A stretch of 63,473 bases of DNA, counting the filler, from Chiloscyllium plagiosum (lineage: Eukaryota), in NCBI RefSeq assembly GCF_004010195.1. It is 3 parts of one record of this genome, joined end to end, with 100 filler letters (N's around TTAATTAATTAA, not from the genome) between each part and the next. Parts side by side here need not be neighbours in the genome. Positions count along the whole stretch, not along the records: positions 27,786 to 46,527 come from NC_057712.1; positions 46,628 to 63,473 come from NC_057712.1; 1 more part is not named here. The stretch is one strand, 5' to 3'. The notes below the pieces were generated by a model. It saw only the letters and a list, made by a program, of their open reading frames with translations, was not told where the DNA came from and ran no database searches. Position numbers and translations under genes: made by a program. Below are positions 37,265 through 50,171 of the stretch, piece after piece; position 1 is the first letter of the stretch; the number at the start of each line of letters is the position of its first letter.

Positions 37265-38650
37265 GGCACTTGGTGTTTGTGTACCGGGGATCCACGCACA
37301 GCTTGATGCAGCCACACACAAAGGTGGCCATCAGGGCGAGGGTGGCATTGGGGGTGTTTTCTCCCCCTTTTTATACATGGTGTTTCTTCGGACATGGACC
37401 ATCTTTGATCTCCACATGAAGTGGAAGATGGCCTGGGTTTCTGTGGCGGTGCAGGTTCAGAGAATAGGTCAGACCTGCGCCATTTACGACAACACTGAGA
37501 GTACCTTACACCGGATGACCAGGTTTTTACCCAAGATTTGGAGATGCCGGTGTTGGACTGGGTTGTACAAAGTTAAAAATCACACAACACCAGTTGTAGC
37601 CCAATAGGTTTATTTGGAAGCACTGGCTTTCAGAGTGCTGCTCCTTCATCAGGTGGTTGTGGAATATAAGATTATAAGACACAGAATTTATAGTAAAGGT
37701 TTATAGTGTGATGTAACAAATTATATATTGAAAAGGACCTGGTTTGTTTAAGTCTCTCATTTTTTAGAATGCATTATCTGGGCCAATGTGATACCAATTG
37801 TTAAAGTTCACTTGAGAATGTAACTTTTAAAACAGTTCTGCGATTTACATATGAAAGAATTGAAACCAACATATTCATTCTAAAAGATTAAAAGTCACAC
37901 AACACCAGGTTATAGTCCAACAGGTTTAATTGGAAGCATTAGCTTTCGGAGCGCTGCTCCTTCAACAGGTGATGGAGCTGCTGTTGGACTATAACCTGGT
38001 GGTGTGTGATTTTTAACTTTTTACACCCCAGTCCAACGCTGGCATCTCCAAATCATTCTAAAAGATGACAGACTTAAACAATCCAGGTCTTTTTCAATAT
38101 ATAATTTCAGTTACATCACACTGTAAACTTTTGCTATAAATTCTGTGTCTCTGAAAGCCAGTGCTTCCAAATAAAACTGTTGGACTATAACCTAGTGGTA
38201 TGTGATTTTTAACTTTGTTTACCCGTGATGGAGGGCTGCTCCCATCTGCCCAGTTTCTGCCTCACTTGGTGATACACTCCTCCCAAGATTTGGCACATGC
38301 CCCAGCCCCTCCGAACAAAATACCCATCACCTCCAGATGGTCTATCCTGACGGTGATGGAAATAGAGGATTAGTCAGCCCAGTTCCCGAAGAGCATGGCC
38401 TCGCTCTTGCCTCGATTTACCTTGGCCCCCGTGGCCTGTTCAAAATGGTCACAGCTGCACATGAGTCTGCTCACTGACAGTGGATCCGAGCGATGTCATC
38501 CATGTATAGTGAGGCCTTAAACTGTAGGCCCCCACTGCCAAGAATAGACACCCCTTTCAGGCTCGCATCCTTCCTGATGTACTCAGCAAATGGCTCTGTA
38601 CAGCACACAAACAATGCAGGAGAGAGTGGGCAACCCTGCCTCACTCCAGA
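37265..38650 (-). mobile_element. L1/Tx1-clade LINE RT fragment, split by PLE family B insertion
   Basis: SGVRQGCPLSPALFVCCTEPFAEYIRKD...KASLYMDD (38471..38743) and, left of the insertion, GKNLVIRCKVLS...AIFHFMWRSKM...FVCGCIKLCVDP. Confidence 0.85.
37535..38218. mobile_element. Long fold-back PLE family B element containing a second family B miniature (37889-38052)
   Basis: Outer arms about 37567-37771 versus 38053-38218. Inner element has TSD tcattctaaaagat at 37875-37888 and 38053-38066. Hammerhead-like motifs at 37624-37652 and 37940-37968 (-). Confidence 0.88.
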
Positions 38651-39178
38651 GCATTGCAGAGGAGAAAGCCAAATAACTGATTGTTCACAGTGTGCTCCAC
38701 TTACTTTGCAGGAACCCTGATCATAATTCTGTGCATCAGCCATTACTAGTTAGGTCTACAGTATTATTTATTAAGTTCGGCTCAGGTTGCATTGTTTTAA
38801 CTCAAGTGTGGCAATTTAAAGGGTGTTTAAGATGCTAAAAGATTTGATTGGATAAATAAGGAGAACTTAATTCACCGGCAGGACAGTCCATATCAAAGGG
38901 GTATTGTGGTGTACTTTGAAACTGAGAATCAAGTCTGTTAACTTATTCTTTGAGTTCACACCCAGGTTTAACCAATGAAACATGCTGAGCATAGCTGAAT
39001 AAACAGTCATATAATCAGACACGGAACAGTTGAATGATTGAACACAACAGTATAACCTTAAAATTACAGCTGGGATGCCAAGAAACAATATCAGGAAGAT
39101 AGCTTCATACAAAAGGCAATCAAGTTCTGAACCTCCCAGCCTCAAAACCCTTCCAAAATTTCAAAACTGAGTTTAAAT

Positions 39179-40662
39179 AGAACATAGAAACATAGAACAA
39201 TACAGCACAGAACAGGCCCTTCGGCCCACGATGTTGTGTGAAACATTTGTCCTAGCTTAAGCATCTATCCATGTACCTATCCAATTGCCGCTTAAAGGTC
39301 ACCAATGATTCTGACTCNNNNNNNNNNNNNNNNNNNNNNNNNNNNNNNNNNNNNNNNNNNNNNNNNNNNNNNNNNNNNNNNNNNNNNNNNNNNNNNNNNN
39401 NNNNNNNNNNNNNNNNNNNNNNNNNNNNNNNNNNNNNNNNNNNNNNNNNNNNNNNNNNNNNNNNNNNNNNNNNNNNNNNNNNNNNNNNNNNNNNNNNNNN
39501 NNNNNNNNNNNNNNNNNNNNNNNNNNNNNNNNNNNNNNNNNNNNNNNNNNNNNNNNNNNNNNNNNNNNNNNNNNNNNNNNNNNNNNNNNNNNNNNNNNNN
39601 NNNNNNNNNNNNNNNNNNNNNNNNNNNNNNNNNNNNNNNNNNNNNNNNNNNNNNNNNNNNNNNNNNNNNNNNNNNNNNNNNNNNNNNNNNNNNNNNNNNN
39701 NNNNNNNNNNNNNNNNNNNNNNNNNNNNNNNNNNNNNNNNNNNNNNNNNNNNNNNNNNNNNNNNNNNNNNNNNNNNNNNNNNNNNNNNNNNNNNNNNNNN
39801 NNNNNNNNNNNNNNNNNNNNNNNNNNNNNNNNNNNNNNNNNNNNNNNNNNNNNNNNNNNNNNNNNNNNNNNNNNNNNNNNNNNNNNNNNNNNNNNNNNNN
39901 NNNNNNNNNNNNNNNNNNNNNNNNNNNNNNNNNNNNNNNNNNNNNNNNNNNNNNNNNNNNNNNNNNNNNNNNNNNNNNNNNNNNNNNNNNNNNNNNNAAA
40001 TTTCCCTCTCTCCCATGCCTCCTGACTTTCCGCATCAGCCTACCATGGGGAACCTTATCAAATGCCTCACTAAAATCCATGTCCACTGCTCTACCCTCAT
40101 CCACATTTTTGGTCACCTCCTCAAAGAATTCAATAAGAGTTGTAAGGCAAGACCTACCCTTCACAAATCTGTGCTGGCTGTCCCTAATCAAGCAGTGTCT
40201 TTCCAGATACTCATAAATCCTATCCCTCAGTACCCTTTCCATTACTTTACCTACCACTGAAGTAAGACTAACTGGCCTGTAATTCCCGGGGTTATCCCTA
40301 TTCCCTTTTTTGAACAGGGGCACAACATTCGCCACTCTCCGGTCCCCTGGTACCACCCCCGTTGACAGTGAAGACGAAAAGATCATTGCCAACGGCTCTG
40401 CAATTTCCTCTCTTGCTTCCCACATAATCCTAGTATATATCCCGTCAGGCCCGGGGGAATTGTCTATCCTCAAGTTTTTCAAAATGCCCAACACATCTTC
40501 CTTCCTAACAAGTATCTCCTCTAGCTTACATACTCTCCTCTGTTTCATACTCTCCTCTTCAACAATACAGTCCCTCTCATTTGTAAATACTGAAGAAAAA
40601 TACTCATTCAAGACCTCTCCTATCTCTTCCGACTCAATACACAGTCTCCCATTACTGTCCTT
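39179..40662 (-). mobile_element. Relatively young CR1/HER1 LINE spanning a 680-N gap
   Basis: About 200 open codons: NEYFSSVFT...SPGPDGIY...PGNYRPVSLTSVVGK...GRSCLTTLIEFFE...FDKVPHGRL. (catagaa)n tail at 39179. Confidence 0.92.
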
Positions 40663-40669
40663 GAGTTTG

Positions 40670-43200
40670 ATAAGATCATAAGAGCTGTGAGCAGAAGTCA
40701 GCCAGTCAGCCCATTGAGTCTGCTCTGCTCCTCAATGAGATCATGGGCTGTTCTAATAATCCTCAACCCCACTTTCTCTACAATTTTGCTCCTCTTATTG
40801 ATTAAAATCTGTCTATCTCAGCCTTGAATATACGTCAATGACTGAGCCTCCATACTCCACTATGGTAAAGAATTCCATGGATTCACAACCCTCTGAGAGA
40901 AGGAATTCCTCCACATCTCTGACTTAAATGTGTGACTCCTTATTCCGGGATTATGCCCTCTGGTTCAGCATTATTATGGAATGGGAAACAACCTCTCTGC
41001 ATCAAACCTGTTCCATTTCATGGAAATCCTATGTGTTTCAAAAATGTTGCTTATCATTCTCATAAACTCCAGTAAGTACAGGTCCAACCTACTCAACTTC
41101 TTCTCACAAGACAGATTCTCCTTACATGGGATTAGTCTTTTAACTTTCTCTGAACTGCATCCAATACCAATAGATTTGTCCTTCAATAATAGGCTTAAAA
41201 CTGTTCACATTAGGGTCATAAGTTGTAGAGATGTACACCATGGAAACACAGAACCTTCAGTCCATGCTGACTAGATCTCCAAATGTATCTAGTCCTATTT
41301 GCTAGCAATTGGTCCATTCCCCTCTAAACCCTTCCTGTTCATGTATCCATCCAGATGTCTTTTAAATATTGTAATTGTACCAGCCTCCACCATTTCCTCT
41401 GGCAGCTCATTCCAATCACACATCACTCTCTGTGTGGAAAGGTTGCCCATTAGGTGCCTTTTATATCTTGCCCCTCTCACCTTAAACCTATACCCTCAAA
41501 TTTGTAGACTGCCTTCCCCAGGGAAAAGATGTTGGCTATTCACCTTATTCATGCCCCTCATAATTTTATAAACCTTTGTAAGATCACCCCTCAGCATCTG
41601 ACAGTCCAAGGAAAATAGCCTCAACCTATTCAGCCTCTCCCGATAGCTCAAAACCTCCAACTCCGGCAACAAGCTTTAAATCTTCTGAACCCTTTCAAGT
41701 TTAACAACATCTTTCTTGCAGCAGGGTGACCAGAATTGAACACCGTATTTCAAAAGTGACCTAACCAATATTCTGTACAGCCACAACATGACCTCCCCAC
41801 TCCAGTACTCAATGCACTGACCAATAAAGACAAGCATATCAGATGCTTTCTTCATTACCATGTCAACCTGTGACTCCACTTTCAAGGAACTATGAACTTG
41901 TACCCCTTGTTCGGCAACACTCCCAGAGACCTTACCATTAAATGTATAAGTCCTGCCCTGATTTGACTTTCCAAAATGCAGCACTTCACATTTATCTGAA
42001 TTAAACTCCATTTGCCACTCATCGGCCCATCTGATCAAGGTCTCGTTGTACACTGAGATAACGTTCTTTCTGTCCACGACACCACCAATTTTAGTGTCAT
42101 CTACAAACTTACTAACCATTTTAGCATTCCAGCTGTAGTCTGACTAGTGTCTTGCACAAAGTTAGCAAGACCTCCCTTCTCTACAATCACTCCCTTTGAA
42201 ACAAAGGCCAACATTCCATTTGCATTCCTTGTTTCCTACTGTATTTGTATTCTGATTTTTTTTATGATTTATGCGAGGAGTCCTAAATCACACTGTGCTT
42301 TTTGAAGCCTTTCTCCATTTAAATGATATTCTGTTTCTGTATTCTTCCTTTCAAAGTGCAGAACATCATATTTTCCCATTTTGTATTCCATATGCCACAT
42401 TTTTGCCCATTCACTTAATCGGTCTCTATCTCGCTTAGACTCTTTATATGATCCTTAATTCACCCTCGTCACTTGCCTTCCTATCAATTCTGGTGTCATC
42501 CACAAACTTGGATTTAGTGCATTCATTTTCCTCAGAGAAGTCATTAATATATATATATATATATATATATATCAAATAATTGTAGCACCAGCACTGATTT
42601 CTTTGGAACTCCACTAGTTACAGGTTGCCATCTTGAAAATGCCATCCTTATCCTATATTCTATTAGTTAGCCAGTTGTCTATTCATGCTAATATACTACC
42701 TCCAACACCATGGACTCAACATTTTAAGTAGCTTAATGTGTGGTACATTCTCAAATGCCTTCTATAAATCCAAATATACCACATCCACAGCTTCCCCTTT
42801 ATCCTTACTGAGCTTGATCATATTATGTATATCTGAATGATCTGCTATTACACCCTTTATTGTAGAAGTGGCATATAATCAGTGGGTTTTTTCAACAAAA
42901 GAGTTTTCCAACCTCCTCATTTTTTTCCAGAATCCAAATATCCTTAGTAACTATGTCTGTCCCTGCTACTTCTAATATTCTATGAGGCCATCAGGTCCAG
43001 GAGACTCATCAGCCTTTCATCCCATTAGTTTCCTTACCACCTTTTTCTCTAGTGATAGTTATTGTGTTTATTTCCTCTTCTTCTTTTGCCCCTTACTTAT
43101 TTAGTATTTTTCAAATTCTATTGCTGTAAAGACTGATGCAAAGTATTTATTTAGCACTTCTGTTATTTTGTGGTTCCCATTATTGCACCCCCTGCCTCAT
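40670..43200 (-). mobile_element. Old CR1-group LINE with a younger CR1 (41215-42120) nested inside
   Basis: Inner ORF 41676..42119 reads VSKFVDDTKIGG...WQMEFNSDKCEVLHFG...KLERVQK. The flanks carry decayed RT motifs on the same strand. Confidence 0.82.
42547..42572. repeat. (TA)n microsatellite
   Basis: atatatatat... run. Confidence 0.95.
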
Positions 43201-44506
43201 AATTTGTTGTTAGGTAAGGTTATTGAGAATGAAGGAACGAAGAGTTGGGATTAGATTCAAAATACGGATCAGCGATGATCTAATTGAATAGATGGAAAAG
43301 GTTTGAGGGGCTGGATGGTGTAATCTTGTTCCTATGCTTGTGCCTCTGCACCAAAGATGTCTCAAGGCCAATAAGATTGAGGGATTTTTAAAATAGAATG
43401 CTGAATGCCTGAGCATTTATGTCTCTGTTAACTCAACTCTCGATCCCGCTTGATGTTGGCCTATGATTTCTAGGATGTATCCAAAGAGATTGTCCTGGCC
43501 TCAGCTGATTGCCAATCATTCAATGAAGTGAAAGGGGCTTCTGAGAACATTCTTACCTCAGTTCCTTATTTCCTGACTGGCCATGCACCCCCAATTCAGA
43601 AAGAGCTCCCAGCAGAAATGGGCCTTGAGGCCTTGTGACCGATCCCCAATTGTTAACCTGGTGAGGAACCAATTGTGTGTCAATATTATGAGGTCTGCTT
43701 CTAAGGCAAAAAGAGTCAAAGATTGGACCGAAGTCTTCTGGCTGCAGTGTTTGGAATTCTGGGATTCCTGCTCTGGTCATTGTGGTTCAACTTGCCTCCA
43801 TTGACAGGACTGCTGTGGTCAGGTCAGACAGTTATTACTCAGTGACATTCCAGGGCAGTTCTGCAAACCTTTATTATGAGTTTTAGTGCTGCATCCAGCA
43901 GCAGTGTACATTGTGGGTGAGTTTCTTGCCCAACAAAGCACACATTCCAATAACATCTGGATGAGCAACTTGATCCCAGTGCTCTGACAATTAAGTTATC
44001 GTGACAGTATTCCAGAAATACTCTTGCAATCTCAAGATCCAAGTAATTCTTGAGACACAGCCTGCCTGAAACTTCGCTTGTAATTCCATTAAGTACAGCA
44101 TGAAGAAGTAAATATACTTAGTTTATTGCCAGCAGCTTTATTTCCAGTTTAACAACCCCAGCTCACTAAGGTTGAAAAAAACAAAGGCATTTGACACCAA
44201 ATAAATCTAATTTTATTGGTTTACATGCTTAAGTTTATAGGAATAGGGCTGTTTATTCGTTACATCAGATTCACTAATTTGCGATCCAACCTCCTGTTCT
44301 GCTCCTGGAGCATCTGGTTCTTTTTTAAAAAAGAATATTTTAAAAAGAGTCCCCTGTTATGTCCTAGAAGGAGGAAGGCAATAAATAAATCGCCATTAGC
44401 AACCACAGCAGCAGCTGACTGGGGTTGCAATCCTCCAGTCAGGCCTCCTGCTCCTCACACAGCCTGACTCTGAGTTGGTGACATCTTCCGTCCCTAATCT
44501 CATCGT

Positions 44507-44519
44507 TGACCTTTGAACT
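44507..44519 (-). promoter_or_regulatory. Consensus DR1 nuclear-receptor element (AGTTCA-A-AGGTCA)
   Basis: tgacctttgaact in apparently non-repeat sequence. Motif match only. Confidence 0.3.
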
Positions 44520-45790
44520 GAAGATCACAAGGAGCAGCAGCTGCTATTGCAATGGCTACCACAAAGTGGGCAGAGAAAGCAGATGCAGCTTCCAAAGTGG
44601 TTTAATCGGCAAATCCTTATAATCAATGCAACCTTTGATGTAAGACAGTTGTTGTCCATATGGTAGGAGAACCCAGCCCATTTCTCTGATACAGCTGAGC
44701 CACGGGTTGGAAAAACTGGTGCAAGAGGGTGGAAAGGTCCTTCCCCTTTATTGTCTCTTGAAGCACAAATCTAGCTCTGAACATGAAGGTTCATGCAGAG
44801 GTTTAGGGTGGGGTTGAGGGGGCAAGAGAAATACAAGAGAGTAATGGGGATCCCAGATCTGAAAGTTGGAATATAATATTAATTTTTTTTAATGCCTTTG
44901 ACAATAAGTTGCGAGCAGACTGGACACATGCAACAAGGGGGAGGTTATTTGACAGATCGTCTTCAAAATGGGTCAAGAAAAGACTTTTCAGTTAAAGTTA
45001 GTGCTGGGAGTAATTCCCCATAAGGGTGTCTACCCTGGTGAACCAATGGAGGGAGTTGGTCGAGGTGGAGACAGTTAGATGAGGGAGATTATCTAATGAA
45101 GGTTCCAGGAGCATGTCCAACATGAGATAACAACCACTGTCAAGGAAGATGAAAATAGCAAGGCTCATTTTTAGCACTCCATTACTGGAAACCAGCTTGT
45201 CTCACAGGCTCAAAGATCAGGAAATTAGAGACTGCGGTGCAAAGGTTTTCACCCTTTTACCTTGTCCCGTGATTTCCGGGATTTCCCCTGATTGGGAGAA
45301 TGGTGATCTTTCCCCCACAAGATGAAGGTCAATGGGCGCCTGTTAAGGGGCATGAGGCTCCAATTCTTGGCTGCCCATCTTAGGTCACCATGACTGCAAC
45401 CTAGGTCACCGAGGTATCCTTCAGATCTGAAATCAAGGGGGCATCTCAGATGACTGCAACCTGGGGAAATGGTGATTAGGTTTGAAGCACCATATCATCT
45501 TCAGCTGCTCTACAGGATCTGAAATATAGCCAACAATGTGCCTGACTGGACTCAATGGCAATGCACACAGCTGCAGACCTCGGAGGCCGATAGTGCTGCT
45601 ACTGCCCTAGGTTTTGGTGCAAGACTCAGCTGGCAGTTATGCCTATGCCTGTGTGTGTCGAAAAGTGTGGTGTTGGAAAAGCACAGCAGGTCAGAGGCAG
45701 CATCCAAGGAGCAGGAGTGTCGACATTTTGGTCATAAGACCTTCATCAGGAATGTAGAGGGGAAAGGGATCTGAGAGACAAATAGGGGGT

Positions 45791-47635
45791 TGAGATTCCT
45801 CAGCAAAGGACCTTCCCCTCGCTGAGGACGAACGATCAGTCCTCAGCAAAAGACTCACCTTCATCCCCCTCCGCCCACACATCAATGAATTTAATACACA
45901 CCGTGACGTTAAACACTTCTTCCGCCGCCTCCGCCTTCGAGCTTACTTTCACAATCAGGATTCCCGCCCACCTTCCGAGGACCCCTCCGCCCACCTCCAA
46001 CACACTGCAGCCACTTGGACACCCCGTGCTGGCCAATAACCCGCCCTCGACCTCTTCATTTCCAACTGCCGCCGGGACATTAACCACTTCAACCTGTCGA
46101 CCCCCCTCCCCCACTCCAACCACTCACCCTCACAACGTGCAGCCCTCCAATCCCTCTGCTCCAATCCTGACCTCACCATCAAGCCAGCGGATAAAGGGGG
46201 TGCAGAGGTAGTCTGGTGCACTGACCTCTACACTGCTGAAGCCAGACGCCAACTCGAGGACACCTCCTCCCACTGCCCCCTCTACCATCACCAAACCATC
46301 ATCTCCCAGACCATACAGAACCTCATCACCTCAGGAGATCTCTCACCCACACCTTCCAACCTCATAGTCCGGGAACCCCGCACTGCCCGGTTCTACCTCC
46401 TTCCCAAGATCCACAAGTCTGACCACCCTGGCCGACCCATTGTCTCAGCATGCTCCTGCCCCACTGAACTCACCCCTACCTACCTCGACACTGTCCTATC
46501 CCCCCTAGTCCAGGAACCCCCCACATANNNNNNNNNNNNNNNNNNNNNNNNNNNNNNNNNNNNNNNNNNNNTTAATTAATTAANNNNNNNNNNNNNNNNN
46601 NNNNNNNNNNNNNNNNNNNNNNNNNNNTTCCACCCTACCAACCTTCGCATAAACCAAATCATCCGCTGACATTTCCGCCACCTCCAAACGGACTCCACCA
46701 CCAGGGATATATTTCCCTTTCCGCCTTCCGCAAAGACCATTCCCTCTGTGACTACCTGGTCAGGTCCACGCCCCCCAACAACCCACCCTCCCATCCAGTC
46801 ACCTTCCCCTGCCACCGCAGGAATTGCAAAACCTGCACCCACACCTCCTCCCTCACTTCCATCCAAGGCCCTAAAGGAGCCTTCCACATCTATCAAAGTT
46901 TAACCTGCACATCCACCGATATCATTTATTGTATCCGTTGCTCCCGATGCTGTCTCCTCTACATTGGGGAGACTGGACGCCTCGATGAGGTCTCCTCTAC
47001 ATTAGGGAAACTGGACGCCTCTTAGCAGAGCGCTTTAGGGAACATCTCTGGGGCAATTGCACCAATCAATCACACTGCCCTGTGGCCCAACATTTCAACT
47101 CCCCCTGCCACTCTGCCGAGGACATGGAGGTCCTGGGCCTCCTTCACCGCCACTCCCTCACCACCAGAAGAACGCTTCATCTTCCGCCTCGGAACACTTC
47201 AACCCCAGGGCATCAATGTGGACTTCAACAGTTTCCTCATTTCCCTTTCCCTCACCTCACCCCAGTTCTTCCGCCTCGGAACACTTCAACCCCAGGGCAT
47301 CAATGTGGACTTCACCAGTTTCCACCTTTCCCCACCTCATCCCAGTTCCAAACTTCCAGCTCAGCACCGTCCCCATGACTTGACCTACTGCCTATCTTCC
47401 TTTCCACCTATCCACTCCACCCTCCTCTCTGACCTATCACCTCCATCCCCACCCCCATTCACCTATTGTACTCTATGCTACTTTCTCCCCACCCCAACCC
47501 CCTCATTTATCTCTCCACTGCAGGCACCCTGCCTCTATTCCTGATGAAGGGTTTTTGCCCGAAACATCGATTTTCCTGCTCCTCGGATGCTGCCTAAACT
47601 GCTGTGCTTTTCCAGCACCACTCTCATCCAGATCC
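45791..47635 (+). mobile_element. Penelope-like element: RT N-half, gap, GIY-YIG, pLTR
   Basis: LTIKPADKGG...ARFYLLPKIHK...GRPIVSACSCPTE (PLE RT), then IIYCIRCSRCCLLYIGETGR. Hammerhead motif ctgatgaagggtttttgcccgaaacatc at 47541-47568. Confidence 0.92.
46572..46583. other. Assembly linker TTAATTAATTAA inside an N gap
   Basis: Same construct as 27730-27741. Confidence 0.95.
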
Positions 47636-48076
47636 TGGGGTGGGAGGTGACCAGGAAGGTGATAGGTGGATGCAGGTGGGAGATGATTGTGATAGGTCGG
47701 TGCGGTAGTGGGGAGGAAGATAGGACAGGTAGAACAGGTCAAGAGGGCAGTGCCGAGTTGGAGGGTTGGATCTGGGATGAGGTAAGGGGAGGAGAGATTT
47801 GGAAACTGGTGAAGTCAATGTTGATGCTGTGTGGTTGAATGTTCCCAAAGCAGAAAATGAGGTGTTCTTCCTCCAGGTGTCGGGTGGCTAGGATTTGGCA
47901 GTGGAGGAGGCCCAGGACTTACATGTCCTTTGTAGGTTTGGAGGGGGAGTTGAATTGGACAGCCATGGGTGGTGGGATTGTTTGGAAAAGTATCCCAGAA
48001 ATGTTCCCTGAAATGCTCTGTGAGTTGGCGTCCCGTCTCCCCGATGCAGAGGAGACCACATCGAGAGCAACATACA

Positions 48077-50171
48077 CATAGAACATAGAACATAGAACAT
48101 TACAACGCAGTAGAGTCCCTTAGGCCCTCACTGTTGCATTGATCTGTGAAACCAATCTGAAACTCATCTAACCTACACTATTCCAATATCATCCATAAGT
48201 TTATGCAATGACCATTTGAATGCCTTTAAAGTTGGCGAGTCTACTAATGTTGCAGGCAGGGCATTCCACACCCTTACTACTCTCTGAGCAAAGAACCTAT
48301 CTCTGACATCTGACCCCCCAATTTAAAGCTATGTCCCCTCATGCTAGCCATCATCATTCAAGGAAAAAGGGTCTCACTGCCCACCCTATTTAGACCTCAG
48401 ATCATCTTGTATATCTCTATTAAGTCACCTTCTTGTCTCTAACCAAAACAGCCTCAAATCCCTCAGCCTTTCCTCGTAAGACCTTCCCTCCATACCAGGC
48501 AACATCCCGGTAAATCTCCTCTGCACCCTTTCCAGTGCTTCCACATCTTTCCTACAATGCGGACACAATGACAGCTGCAACATGACCTCATGGCTCTGAA
48601 ACTCAATCCCACTACTAATAAAACCTAACACACCATATGCCTTCATTACAACCCTATCAACCTGGGTGGCAACTTTCAGGAATCTATGCACATGGACACT
48701 GAGATCTCTCTGCTCATCAACACTACCAAGAATCTTACCATTAACCCAGTACTCTTTATTCTTGTTACTCCTTCCAAAGTGAATCACCTCACACTTTTCT
48801 GCATTAAACTCCATTTTCCACCTCTCAGCCCAGCTCTGCAGTTTATCTATGTCCCTCTGTAACCTGCAACATCCTTCTGCACTACCCACAACTCCACCAA
48901 CTTGAGTGTCATCCACAAATTTACGAACCCATACTTCTATGCCCTCAACCAGGTCATTTATAAAAATGACAAACAGCAGTGGTCCCAAAACAGATCCTTG
49001 TGGTACACCACTAGTAACTGAACTCCAGGATGACCATTTCCCATCAACTACCATCCTCTGTCTTCTTTCAGCTAGCCAATTTCTGATCCAAACTGCTAAA
49101 TCTCCCTCAATGCTGTGCCTCTATGTATTCTGCAATAGCCTACTGTGGGGAACCTTATCAAACACTTTACTGAAATCCACATACACCACATCAACTGCTT
49201 TACCCTCATCCACCTGTTTAGTGACCTTCTCAAAGAACTCAATAAGGCTTGTGAGGTGCAACCTATCCTTCACAAAACCATGTTGACTATCCCTAATCAA
49301 ATTATTCCTTTCTAGATTATTATAAATCCTATCTCTTATAATCCTTTCCAACATTTTACTCACAACCGAAGTAAGGATCCCTGGCCTATAATTCCCAGGG
49401 TTGTCTCTACTCCCCTTCTTGAAGAGGACAACATTTGCTCTCCTCCAGTCTTCTGGCACTAATCCTGTTGACAATGACAACACAAAGATCAAAGCCAAAG
49501 GCTCTGCAATCTCCTCCCTGGCTTCCCAAGAATCCTAGGATAAATCTCATTTGGCCCAGGGGACTTATCTATTTTCACACTTTGCAGAATTGCTAACACC
49601 TCCTCCTTATGAACCTCAATCCCTTCTGGTCTAATAGCCTATATCTCAGTATTCTCCTTGACAACATTGTCTTTTTCCTGTGTGAATATGTAAAATATTC
49701 ATTTAGCGCTTTGCCTATCTTTTCGGACTCCACGCTTAACTTCCCACTACTGTCCTTGACTGGCCCCAATCTTACTCTAGTCATTCTTATTATTCCTGAT
49801 ATACCTATAGAAAGCTTTAGGGTTTTCCTTGATCCTACCTGCTAAGGACTTCTCATGTCCCCTCCTGGCTCTTCTTAGCGCTCTCTTTAAGTCCTATCTG
49901 GCTAACTTGTATATCTCAAACGCCCTAGCTGAGCCTTCACACCTCATCGTTACATAAGCCTCCGTCTTCCTCTTAACAAGTGATTCAACTTCTTTCATAA
50001 GCCACGGTTCCCTCGCTCGACCACTTCCTCCCTGCCTGACAGGTTCATACTTATCAATGATCCGCAGTAGCTGATCTTTGAATAAGCTCCACATTTCATT
50101 TGTGCCCATTCCCTGCAGTTTCCTTCCCCATCCTATGCATCATAAATCTTGCCTAATCGCATCATAATTGC
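48077..50171 (-). mobile_element. CR1/HER1 LINE, about 2.1 kb 3' portion with full RT domain (frameshifted)
   Basis: ORFs 49121..49498 and 48425..49054 read GNYRP..., DFSKVFDKVPH, SGVPQGSVLGPLLFVIFINDL, KFVDDT. (catagaa)n tail. Confidence 0.93.

Larger units (their letters stand above)
45652..48075 (-). mobile_element. Older PLE 3' end (45652-45790 and 47636-48075), split by a younger PLE
   Basis: The two pieces join to match the reverse complement of 52780-53240. CSRCGLLCIGETGRQLTEHFREH motif. Decayed hammerhead at 45722-45749. Confidence 0.8.

Noticed and set aside
39252..40611. Long ORFs of 254-439 aa
   Set aside because: Their length is mostly N-gap. The real part is CR1 ORF2.
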